A program made the position numbers and the translations under genes. Shown piece after piece: positions 1 through 9,989 of a DNA stretch of 64,000 bases. The notes under the pieces were generated by a model. It was not told where the DNA came from. It made no database searches and saw only the letters and a program-made list of their open reading frames with translations. Within the stretch, counting starts at the first letter, position 1; each line of letters starts with the position of its first letter. The stretch spans positions 256,001-320,000 of the forward strand of contig CAWEXO010000005.1 in assembly GCA_963813025.1 (NCBI GenBank), read 5' to 3'. Source of the DNA: an uncultured Verrucomicrobiae bacterium (GTDB taxonomy: Bacteria > Verrucomicrobiota > Verrucomicrobiia > Chthoniobacterales > JAFAMB01).

Positions 1-1189
1 CGGCAAAGAGCGGCCCATAACCAACGGTGTTTGCGAGTGCCCCAACGATCAGTGAAAACGTTAATCCGCCGGTCCAAGCTGCGGTACCCGTAAAGCCGTT
101 GGCGGTGGCCACTTCATGAGCATCAAAGACATCGGCGCTAAGGGTGTTGAGCAGAGCGGAAATCATCTGATGGGCAAACCCCCCCATACAGAACAACGCA
201 ATTGCCGTATAAGGGCTTGCGACCAGCCCAATCGATCCCGGGCCGATCATTAGAAGCGCTCCGAACACGATCCCCACAATCCGCGAATTGATAAGCTGCA
301 CCTTGAAGATCTTCATGACCAAAGGCGACAGATAGCCACCGAATATTCCGCCGAGGTCAGCCGCCAGGAATGGTAGCCAGGCGAAGATCGCAATTTCTGT
401 CAAATTCATGTGACGAACGGTAACCAGGTAGAGCGGAATCCAGAAATTGAAGGTTTGCCACGCCGGTTCTGCAAGGAAGCGTGGAATAGCAATTCCCCAG
501 AACTTCTGAGAGGACAGGATTTTTCTTACTGGTGGAGGTTTTCTATTCGCAGTGTCTGCGGATTTATCCGGTTCTTGACCCTTCTGTATATATGAGCGTT
601 CCCCGTCACCTAGCAACCATTGGTCCTTCGGCGAACGGTAGAACATCCACCACAGAGCAACCCAGATAAAACCGAGACCACCCGTCACAACGAAAGCCAT
701 TTGCCACCCGTGCTGCAAAGAAATCCAGATCACTAACGGTGGCGCCAACAAAGCACCGAGCGAGGTGCCCGCATTGAAGTAGCCCACCGCCACCGAGCGT
801 TCTTTTGCGGGAAACCATTCGGAGATCGCCTTGATCCCGGCCGGGATGGCGGCGGCCTCGCTTAAACCGAGCAAACCTCGAAAAACGGCGAGACCCAACC
901 AGCCTCCTGCGAAGGCGTGCAATATATTGAACACAGACCAAGCAACTCCGAATAATGAAAACCCGAGTCTGAGCCCTAAGAAATCAAGCACAAAGCCGCA
1001 TACGGCCTGCATCACGGTATAACCAATCTGGAACGCGCCGATGATGTATGAATATTGCTGAGTCGTGAAATTCAACTTCGTCTGCAATTGCGGAGCTAGC
1101 ACGGCGAGCGAATTGCGCGCCAAATAATTAATAACGGTGCCAAGACATATCAACGCAACGATCCACCAACGAAATCCTTTAATTTTCAT
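1..1189 (-). CDS. MFS transporter, hexuronate transporter (ExuT-like); 3' end runs off the window
   Basis: Manual translation from ATG 1189: MKIKGFRWWIVALICLGTVINYLARNSL...FRGLLGLSEAAAIPAGIKAISEWFPAKERSVAVGYFNAGTSLGA; typical ExuT/ACS-family motifs. Absent from the ORF track because no stop is reached. Confidence 0.9.
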   Translation of the reverse strand, partial: MKIKGFRWWIVALICLGTVINYLARNSLAVLAPQLQTKLNFTTQQYSYIIGAFQIGYTVMQAVCGFVLDFLGLRLGFSLFGVAWSVFNILHAFAGGWLGLAVFRGLLGLSEAAAIPAGIKAISEWFPAKERSVAVGYFNAGTSLGALLAPPLVIWISLQHGWQMAFVVTGGLGFIWVALWWMFYRSPKDQWLLGDGERSYIQKGQEPDKSADTANRKPPPVRKILSSQKFWGIAIPRFLAEPAWQTFNFWIPLYLVTVRHMNLTEIAIFAWLPFLAADLGGIFGGYLSPLVMKIFKVQLINSRIVGIVFGALLMIGPGSIGLVASPYTAIALFCMGGFAHQMISALLNTLSADVFDAHEVATANGFTGTAAWTGGLTFSLIVGALANTVGYGPLFA

Positions 1190-1369
1190 AGTTCAGCTGA
1201 GCACAATTCCCAGTTGATATCTGCAGACCAAACGGTTTCTATAGATTCATCGCCTTGGGAAGATGCTGTAGCAATTCGCACAGAGGGCTCTAGAGCTTGA
1301 CCATCTGCCAACCCCGGGTCAAGACAAAGCGCAGCGAGAAGACTCTCCAATTCCTCAAGAGGTAGATCG

Positions 1370-1536
1370 AGTTTGAAAGGCCGTATCGGTGTATGCGCTC
1401 GACGTCTCCCAGTTGCCGAAGTTATCGACCACCAACTCAACGCTAATGTCGTCGGGGGTCCTTGCAGAAGAATGCGGTGCTCGCTCCGTGGTCCGCCGTG
1501 AGGACGGGTTCGATCCCCAGACCCTTAAGTCGTGCG
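1370..1536 (-). pseudogene. VOC/glyoxalase-family fragment, cut at the Tn3 end
   Basis: ARLKGLGIEPVLTADHGASTAFFCKDP, then a frameshift, then ISVELVVDNFGNW; resembles the VOC 'DHG...FY.DPDGN.VEL' motif. Confidence 0.55.
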
Positions 1537-1750
1537 GAGGTGACGGGGTATTAGAAACGAAGAGTCGGGTTAAGCCTTTGTCAGAGACTATTGCGACGTT
1601 GCGCACTTATTCCTGGTCAACAGCCGGGTTGCGCAATGGGCGCAGTTCGCCTGCGGGCTACCGTTTCCGGCACTGCGAATGAATACCGGCCCAGCATGTT
1701 GATGTGGTCGTGGATAAGCGGAGAAAGTCGACAACATCCGCCTCCCGACC
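1537..1750 (-). mobile_element. Tn3-family transposon remnant (38-bp IR plus extreme C-terminus of TnpA)
   Basis: RLSPLIHDHINMLGRYSFAVPETVAR is the Tn3 TnpA C-terminal motif; 1537-1574 GAGGTGACGGGGTATTAGAAACGAAGAGTCGGGTTAAG is a 38-bp Tn3-type IR ending GTTAAG. Confidence 0.8.
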
Positions 1751-2150
1751 TCGTGTCCCTCCAACCGGCACCAGCGTTACCGTCGGGCTGCAGGCGCCTT
1801 CGGGCACGGCGTCGCTGACCGATAATGGTCGAACTTTCGCCAGCGTGAACAAGACTAATGGTCGGCAAGGCTACATTTATCGGGAGAACCTCGGACCCGG
1901 CGCGCATTCGACCCAGTTCGCTGGGCCCACAATTAAAGTCGCAAGCGTTCTAAGGCTTCTAGTGGAAATGGGAAACGGCTGCATTGCTTTGGGCGGGCCT
2001 TCCGGGAGAGGTTCGCTCAGAGAGGTGCGGACCTCCCCCCCGTCACTCTAGAAACTCCCGATAAACCCACGCGTCATCAGTCCTTGAGACCGATAACATC
2101 AGCCAACGGCTTCTAATATAAAATGGCGACGGGCCGAAGAATCCGGTTGC

Positions 2151-2179
2151 CTCTTCCCTACTCTTCCCTACTCTTCCCT
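2151..2179. repeat. Tandem 10-bp repeat (CTCTTCCCTA x ~3)
   Basis: Directly visible. Confidence 0.9.
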
Positions 2180-2427
2180 TCCCCACCCTCCTATGGCACG
2201 GATGGCGTATCCACCCCAGTCTGCGATTTTAACTGAAATCGATACCTACTTTTTCAACCAAGAAATAAAGGCGGGTCTCGAATGAGCAGAGACTGAGTGG
2301 CCGGAGAAGCCCTAGGTTGCGATTCAGACGCTGCTCCAACCTGGAAGAGTTGAACAGCGCAAGCGTCGCGGCTATCTCAGATGGAGCGAAGCTTGCCGAA
2401 ATCTACCTAGCCGGATAAATTGCCGAC

Positions 2428-2601
2428 GTGAGCACAGTTACCGAGATCGAGGCCGCTATTGAGAGACTGGCACCAGACGAACTGCGCACACTGGTAAGCT
2501 GGATCGAAGAATACGCTGCCGCGATCGGCGCTTCTGAAACGCTGTTCGGAATGTACGACGCTGAGGAGGAGCAGAGCGGTGCCGAGAGCCAAGCGCGGTG
2601 A
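2428..2601 (+). CDS. Putative antitoxin (57 aa)
   Basis: GTG start, MSTVTEIEAAIERLAPDELRTLVSWIEEY...; small, acidic, overlaps the start of the PemK/MazF gene. Confidence 0.7.
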   Translation: MSTVTEIEAAIERLAPDELRTLVSWIEEYAAAIGASETLFGMYDAEEEQSGAESQAR

Positions 2602-2893
2602 GATCTGGATGGCCGATCTCGGCCTAGCTGCAAAAGTACGCCCCGTCCTGGTTTTAAGCGTCGCCTATGAGGGTCAGGAGCGGGCAATCGTCAGCTATGT
2701 CATCCGTACGACCAGCTTGCGCGATACTCAGTACGAAGTGCGTCACGAAACTCGTGGCATGCCGAACGGAGCATTCGACGCGCAAGGTCTCGGTTCGATA
2801 CCGGAGATCAAACTCGAAAGGCGAGTGGGGCTCGTCGACTCTGAGACGTTGGCTAAAGTGGAAACGGCCGTTCGAGCTTGGCTTAGGCTCTAG
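2579..2893 (+). CDS. PemK/MazF-family endoribonuclease toxin
   Basis: KRGEIWMADLG...KVRPVLVLS N-terminal signature; 104 aa. Confidence 0.85.
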   Translation: MPRAKRGEIWMADLGLAAKVRPVLVLSVAYEGQERAIVSYVIRTTSLRDTQYEVRHETRGMPNGAFDAQGLGSIPEIKLERRVGLVDSETLAKVETAVRAWLRL

Positions 2894-3038
2894 TCGCCCC
2901 GTTGATGGCCTCTTTCCCCATGCCTTAGATCTCGCGACATATGTTCCAACTACTTGTTCCCTAGCCACTTGCACAGGTACATGGGACTATCTCCACCACA
3001 CCTTAGGTATTCGAAACGCGGGTTATGACCGGCTAAAG

Positions 3039-3489
3039 CTAGGCTAGCCTACATTTGAATCTTGTCACTTTGCGAATTATTTGGCATAGAGTTTTGCTCA
3101 CTCGACGCAGCTGCGTCGCGTCAAAGTCCCGCCTCAACTCGATGCGCCGCCCCTTGGCCAATACCACCGCCATTGCGCATGGATTTTCACGATCCCCTGT
3201 GCCGCTCCCACCAATTACTTTGACTCGCACCAGCCTCTTGCGATCGCTTTGGATATCGCGAGGCTCGGTTCGTTCTCGCTTGAGTCCTCGCTGCAACGTG
3301 CTCAGCCTCATTCCGTGGATTCGGCAAAACTCGGCTCGTGATAGGCCACTGGTTCCAAACTCACCGACAAGCCGCTGGACCTCCTGCCGCGTGCGCCGCC
3401 GGCGCGGTTTAACTTCTTCGGGTTCCGTCATCCGCCCACTTCAACAAATTCCGCCGCCAAATGGTAGGTGCGGTTAGTAAGACGGATAC
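3039..3489 (-). mobile_element. IS66-family remnant: left end plus tnpA (orf1); tnpB and tnpC lost
   Basis: RRRTRQEVQRLVGEFGTSGLSRAEFCRIHG...GRRIELRRDFDATQLRR is TnpA-like; GTATCCGTC end at 3489 on the minus strand. Confidence 0.75.
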
Positions 3490-3869
3490 GGTGTAGCGGC
3501 CCCGCGAGCATAAATCATTTGGCCTGATACACCCGGTTCAACAAAGCGTTCGTTTTTCTGAAATCTCGGCAGACCACGTTTTTCCCTCCAAGACTGCCTT
3601 CTGACCCGTTCGAAATATTCGTTTCGAAAGAGAAAGTTTAGTTTATTCGAGCAAGATGAGTAAGCCGAACTCCATAGAGAGCCACCCAGAAGGAAAAGCG
3701 GCTATTCTCATTAATGTGGTCCAGCGCGGATATTCTCGGTCTGTTCTCAAACATTGTGGACCCATTCTCATTTAATGTGAGCCTGAGGACCTCCTTATTC
3801 TCAAATAATTTGGGCCAGAAACGATCGACGTTATCAAGCCAGACCGTTTATGTTCTCAAGCCGCTACAG

Positions 3870-4232
3870 CTAGGAGAATGTTTTTCCGATGTCTGCCAGG
3901 TTCGTTGCCCAAACGAGTGTCGCGCGATCATTACACAGCACGTAATGAATGTCGGAACCACCCTCGCTGCGCGGAACAGCAAACCTCTTTACCCATGACG
4001 GGGTATGCGATGGTGCGTTCTTCTCATAAAAATGCTCACCGTAAACGCCTTCAGGATACCGTTTGAGGGTCAGCGGACGATTGCGCAAATGCGGCAGAAT
4101 CACTTCCGCAATGTCGGAGTAAAATGAGATGACCTCTCTCTTAGTAAAGCCACTCTCAGGGAAGTACACTTTCTCCAGATTCGAGATCGTCAGCTCCCGC
4201 CCTTCGAGTTCGATGTGGTGTTTTCCAGGCAT
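3870..4232 (-). pseudogene. ligD: LigD primase-polymerase domain, N-terminal fragment
   Basis: ELTISNLEKVYFPESGFTK..YY-like..LPHLRNRPLTLKRYPEG...FYEKNAP; ends abruptly after about 115 aa. Confidence 0.85.
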
Positions 4233-4715
4233 CTTTGAGGCGGAAATTGGTCGGCTTTTGCAAGGTGAAAGGCCGATTATCCGTCCGTATAAAACACTAA
4301 AGTCAGGTTAGTCCCGCTTCAGGCAAGAAAACATGCGCTTGGACTCATTTGATTTAAGCTCGCTCCGGGAAATCCCAGCGATCAGCTGACCCGGAGCAAC
4401 ATGCGCTCGATTAGAAACAGGAGCTTTTCTTGTTGGCGATCTGGCACGCTGATAGCGATGTTGCAAAAGGGCCTATCTTGCATCGCAATCATCTCCGGGC
4501 GGGCGGATGCATCGTGTGATGCGAGTCTCGCCGTCAGGCCTTTTCGGTGCGTAAGTCAGCTGACGAAGGCTCTTCCGTCCATGCGAGTTGGAAGTCCCTC
4601 TGAGCAATCGGAGCGACGCCGTTACCGTGCTTGGCAGGTTCTTTCCCACGGGGCACCTTGTCCTCCAAGGTCCGCAACCTCACATGTTATGAGGCGCTGG
4701 CCTTTAGACGGCTCT

Positions 4716-6102
4716 TCACACAATCTGGACCTCTGACACGGGCAGTCTGGAAAGCATGTCGCTGTGCTTTGGAGGGGGAACGGCCGCGCGCGCCACAAAA
4801 GTTTTATCCTGAAAATAGAGCGGTTGCCGGCCATAAATTGCCGGAAAACCGGCGCCGTATATGACCATATCCCCGGGTGCAACGATGAGTTCGTGTGTGT
4901 CTTTCTTCGGCCCGGGCATTCGGACACATTCGTCCGGCGTGAGGAGAGAGCGCTGCACCTCCTGCATCGTTGTAGAGACTTGCGTGCCGAGGCCTCGTCC
5001 CGATCGGGTCACTTGTTCTTTAATGATCGTGGTTTGGCCAGTGAGTTTCGAAAGGTGCTCGGCAGTTTCGACGCGATTGGCGGAAATGCTGTTTGCACGT
5101 GGCAATTCGAAGTAATGGTCTCATCGGGTCCATAGCCGGTTTCTCGGCTTTTCAGCTGATTAAGGTCCTGGCTGATCAGGTAACATTTGATTCCGTAGCC
5201 CGCGACAAAACGCCAGGCTTTCCTGCAGGATCTCCAGTTTCCCCAACGCAGGAAATTCGTCGACCATGGCCAGGAGTTTATGCTTGTACGAGGGTTTGGG
5301 TCGACCATTCTCAAACTGCATTCTGTCGGCCAACACTCGGACGATCATATTGACGACTATCCGCACCAGCGGCCGCAATCTGGCTTTGTCGTTGGGCTGG
5401 GTGATGATGTACAAACTCACCGGGTCAACGTAGTGCATGAGGTCGCGGATCCGGAAATCGCTCCGGCTCGTGTTTCTGGCGACCGTGGGATCGCGATAGA
5501 GGTCAAGATAAGTCTTGGCCGTTGAAAGGACTGATCCCGCTTCGTTCGGCGGCCGATCGATCATGTCTCTGGCCGAAGCCGAAACCCTTGCCACTGCGCG
5601 TCGGCGCGAAGCAAAGAACATGTTCCGGACCTCCGTGCCGAAGATATCGTGTTTTACCACTTTTATCGACCCACGCTCCGACATACACACCCTCGTTATC
5701 CAAGAGGCCGGCGGCCTTGATGTCTGCGAGGTCAGCCCACCTGGCGGAGCCGTGCAGGAACGGATTAACTCGGTAGTTCGCCCGGGCAACATCAAGTAAC
5801 AAAAGAAAGAAACAGCCGAGGGTCGTCAGTGAACCGATGCCGAAAGCCTGAGCGAACAGAGCATGATTACTCGGCTGTTCCCAGAGATGCGACCAGACGA
5901 AGTAATTCCAGGGCGGATAAAGATGGAACAGATTGAAACCGAGAGAAGGATGATAGTGGTAAGTGTTAGCCAGGAACTGCGTCGCCACGGCCGATCCAAG
6001 GATAATGGCGACGAGAAAGCGTAGCGCCCTTTTCCAATCTGGTTGAAGGCCCGGACGCCGGCGTTGGGGTTGGGGCCCAACCAGAGTGTTTCGTTTACTC
6101 AT
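4716..6102 (-). pseudogene. traG: TraG/VirD4 coupling protein, copy 1 (internal deletion and frameshifts)
   Basis: Collinear with the intact copy at 23440-25293; APTRSGKG is joined directly to ASARD at about 5580. Confidence 0.9.
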
Positions 6103-7923
6103 CGCTCCAATCCTTGAGCGTGGGTTTGGATGACAACCGCAGGCGTTATCATCAGGGGAGTCTCGCGCGGCTGGCGAGCCAACGTGGCCGCTGTTGCTGC
6201 GTGATGGGCAACGCCAGGATCTCGGGGCCGCTGCGGACCAGGAGGAGATTTTGCCCATTGACCAGGCGAAACCCGACAAAGATCAATCGCCCGGCATCCG
6301 TTGGCTGCCAGAGACGATGAAGTGGTATATCACTGATAGGGTCACGTTTTGCGTTGCGCTCGGAGATATAATCGAGTGCGGCCTGGTTGAGCGGCTCTGG
6401 CGTCGCAGCTTGGGCGTCTCGTCGCGCTTGCTCGAGCGCGGGGTCCTCGAAGGACACTCCGAGATGATGCGTGCCGGCGACTCGCGCTATCCGGAGCTGA
6501 AAACCCTCGGACCCATGAGCATTAAGGCTATTACCGTATCCCTCCATCGCCCGATGAAGCAGCGCTACGATGACATCGTCACCGGCCGCCGTCGCGATGT
6601 GCAGACTTTCCCCATTATCCCTGATCTCATAGTCCCCAACTCTTTCGATCACAGTCCCCTGTTTGGTAACCTCGGCTTCGGAATCAGGCACGGGCGGTGG
6701 TTGCGGTGCGAGTCCGTGCGCGGATAGAGTCGTGGTTTGATCAGTGGTGCGGCGCCGGGCAGCGCGCAAGGCCTTGAGAGCATCTTGCCTTCCGCTGCTG
6801 GCTTGTTCCTGGAGCCAATCGATCCAAGTCAACCTGCGCGTCTCCGCCGCTAACAAGCGCCGCCCGTCGCGCGCCCGACGATTGATCGCTCGAAGCTCCT
6901 GCCGCAGTTCGGTTTTGATCGCGGCATAGCCGATACGGCGTGCCACCCCTTTCAACGTCATCTTCGCAAAGGCGCGTTTTGCTTGGGCGGCTGCTTTTGC
7001 CGCTGCTCCCTCCTGGGCTCGCGAGAGCGCGATTGTTTGGAATTTCGCTTCGCGCAGGGCGGCGCGCAGATCGCGTGTGCCTGATACTCTTCCCAGAGCC
7101 CAGCTGAGTCGATCTGCCAAAACGCCGGCCTTTTTTCGTAACCAGCTACTGCTTGGGTCGTGATGCCTTCTGCGCTGATGAAAGCCCCCAGCCTGGCCTC
7201 AAGTGCGGTCTTGCCGAGCTAACGATGGATCGCGCTGCCTTTGACGTGAACCTGGCCGCGCCGGTCACTAAACACAAATCCATTCGCACGTAAATCGAGT
7301 CGGACACCATGAGCCTCCGCTACACCGTGAAACTCCTCCCAACTGGTGGCGTCAATGAATCCTTGTGCAAAGCGCTGGAGCCAACTCTGAAACGATTCCT
7401 GACCTGACCTGGCGGTAATATCGTTGCCTCTTGATTGAGAGCGCTCGTGGCGATCCTGCGCCAAGCCGAGCTCGCATTCCAGGACAGCAGCCAACTTCGA
7501 TCGGGTTTTATAATCCGCGATCCGATCGTGGAGAGTAAATTTCTGCGGATGGATCTTATTGATCGCCACGTGGACGTGCACGTTATCGGTGTCGTGGTGC
7601 ACAACACTCACTCGCTGATGCTCGGCATAGCCTAGCTCGCTGCAGAAACGTTCTTCAATGATCCGCAATGTTTGAGCATCGGGATTTTCGCCGGCGCGCA
7701 ACGAAATCAAGAGATGGTATGTTCGATCAGATTTCGCGCGGGTGTTGAGTTGCTGGGTTGCGCCAATCTCGCGCACGGCCCAGCTGAGTTCGGTCGACAC
7801 ACAATTAGTAAGAGTAATCTCCCCCACCCTGGTTTTCTTGTTCTGGGAATCGACCAGGTAACGAATCAGTTTTCCGAACCGGCTCTTTTCAGGCGTCTTC
7901 AATGTGACCTTTTTAGAAATCAT
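6103..7923 (-). pseudogene. traI: MOBP1 (TraI-type) relaxase, interrupted; C-terminal LPD7-like region
   Basis: Motifs RFGKLIRY, YHLLISLRAGE and HHDTDNVHVHVAINKIHP in 7219-7923; remainder in 6152-7120. Confidence 0.85.
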
Positions 7924-8223
7924 AGATCACCGAGTCGATCGCTCATTTGCTTTTGGAGCGCTCGAACCTGGTTAAGAACACCCTCGAGTTTGCGCTGCAA
8001 CGCCTGGCCGCTGTGCGACTCAAAACTCCTCTCATTTGTCAGCCACATCTTGATTAAACCTCCCAAACGTCCCATGTCCGCATTGATTTTGACCAAGTCG
8101 AGCACGGCCCGCAGCAAACACGGTAACTCTGCTCACTGTTTCCAGTGATAGACTACGGACCTCAGAACTCGAACCCAAAACAAGTGCCGCTGCAGGAGGC
8201 TCGCCGTTGCTGCGCTCCGTCAT
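7920..8223 (-). pseudogene. traJ: TraJ-like relaxosome accessory protein, 5' part degraded
   Basis: LVKINADMGRLGGLIKMWLT matches the RP4 TraJ 'INGDLGRLGGLLKLWLT' motif; overlaps the relaxase start. Confidence 0.75.
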
Positions 8224-8224
8224 G

Positions 8225-8270
8225 CCCCCTCTTGCGGGTATATCTTGTTCGAGCTTCGCTCGTTGCAGCC
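8225..8270. other. Putative oriT (MOBP-type nic site)
   Basis: TATCTTG at 8241-8247 resembles the RP4-family YATCCTG nic consensus and lies immediately upstream of traJ. Confidence 0.5.
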
Positions 8271-8439
8271 CGAAGGAGGAAAGTGGGGGCTGCAACAAGC
8301 TCCGCTGTGGCGGATTCCCGTTTCACGAAGATTTGCTTCTCACCGATCACCTGTCACCCGACTCCGCCAGGCCTGCATCACGGTAAACCTTCTCGCTAGT
8401 CACGTTTGGCTACCGGAACTTTCTTGTTAGCTCTACTCT

Positions 8440-8660
8440 CTTCCTGCGCTTGGTAATACCAGCTGCTGCGGGCCACCCCGCATTGCTGCACGAGGCTCAT
8501 TTTGTCGGCTGGCTGCCGCCGCTGCTGGAGCGTAAAGCCCCGTAATTTTTTCTTTTAAGCCACTCCAGTTCCATTTGAGCCGTCCAATCTGCTCGAACAA
8601 TTCGCTCTCCTGACGTCTGAGTTCCTGGTCGGCCACCCGAATCTCCCCGTCGAAAAATCC
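8440..8660 (-). mobile_element. IS3-family remnant (orfA C-terminus)
   Basis: ESELFEQIGRLK followed by a frameshifted ELEWLK.K is typical of the end of IS3 orfA. Confidence 0.6.
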
Positions 8661-9575
8661 GGGGACGCGCCAGAAGACTTTAAAGTTTCTCGGTTCACCC
8701 TTAGCGCCCAAATTGTTTTCCGACGACCTCATGGGTGGACGGTTGACGACGACCTTTTCCGGTCGGCAGAAAACGCGCAAATCCGTTTCGGTCACGATTG
8801 ATTTACAGAACGGAAAAGTGATTCCGGCGATGGGAAAGCTCAAGAGGCCCCGAAGATTGAAGGGCACAAATGAAAACCGTCCTGACCCTCATATTGTTCG
8901 GTGCTTTTGTCTTAACCGGTGTTGCTCAGACACCTGCTGGCGCGGAAACGATCATTAGCGAGGTCGCCAAGAAAACCCCGTGCACCAGCTCAACCGCTCA
9001 GTTTGCCAGGCCGACTTCACCTACTCGATGGCGTTAAACGTCATCAAGATTCGGGATACCGGCAAAGGTGCCAAATCCCCTAGATAAAGTCTTGACGAAA
9101 AAGGGGTGTCGACTCCCCTCGCCTCCAGCTCACTAATCACAAGTGGCTAGATACCAGCTACTTACATATAGGGGATTGGGTCACTCTTCGAAGTGGGCTG
9201 GTAACAGGTCTCCTTAGCTGGTAACGTGGCCACAAACCTCGGGAAGAATGGATATCTTCCAGCTGGCTTTCAAGCCAATCAGGGCAATCGATCGCTGTTC
9301 CCAGCAAGCGAGTAGGTGGAATCAGCATCTCGTTACGCAGAAGTATCTCTACACCGGGACTGGGCAGGTTCAAACAGGTCCAATTACGCTCAATTCAACC
9401 GGGAGTGGATCGGGCGGACAACTTTCGGGCTAATTGTAATTAGCTCTAAGTAACCAAGTTTACTCCTTTCCGGTAGTCCTTGCTTTTTCGTGTTACATCC
9501 GGGGTGGTTTTGGCATTTGTTTCGATGTTAGTTTTCCGTCCCCTTCTGTTTAAATTGCAGAACGAAAGCCAACCC

Positions 9576-9980
9576 ATGCCAGAACATACGGCTGAATTGC
9601 CGGCCGGCCCCGTCGAGGGCGGCGGCGGACGCGTGCATCCTCCGCGTCCGGGAGTCGAGGAATTACCTGCAGGCCCAGTGTATGCCTTTGACCGCGAAGC
9701 GGTCACCGAATTGTTCCGTTTGCGCGACCGCGTACACGCGCTCGAATCCGAGCTGCTGATCATAAAATTTAATCCGCGATCGCCAAGACCCAATCCTCAC
9801 GAACTCCCGCCGATTCGAGATTTCATTCTCCATCGTCCAGGTCCTGGTGCCCCGAATGAACTTCCTCCAGCCGAATTCGGCGAGCTGACGCAGTATATCA
9901 GCGCGATCCTCGAACGGCTCAGTTCTATCGAGGCGAGCATCGCTGCTCTCGGGGCTTCGACGGGTGCCCAAGGACAATAG
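9576..9980 (+). CDS. 134-aa protein with four ELP motifs; candidate precursor/substrate protein
   Basis: AELPAGPV, EELPAGPV, PHELPP and PNELPP in Pro/Gly-rich linkers, alternating with two amphipathic helices; stop about 10 bp before the next gene. Confidence 0.75.
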   Translation: MPEHTAELPAGPVEGGGGRVHPPRPGVEELPAGPVYAFDREAVTELFRLRDRVHALESELLIIKFNPRSPRPNPHELPPIRDFILHRPGPGAPNELPPAEFGELTQYISAILERLSSIEASIAALGASTGAQGQ

Positions 9981-9989
9981 AGCGGTCAT

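Noticed and set aside
9130..9433. A third gene of the ELP operon
   Set aside because: Short ORFs with stops in several frames and no recognisable motif; cannot be supported.
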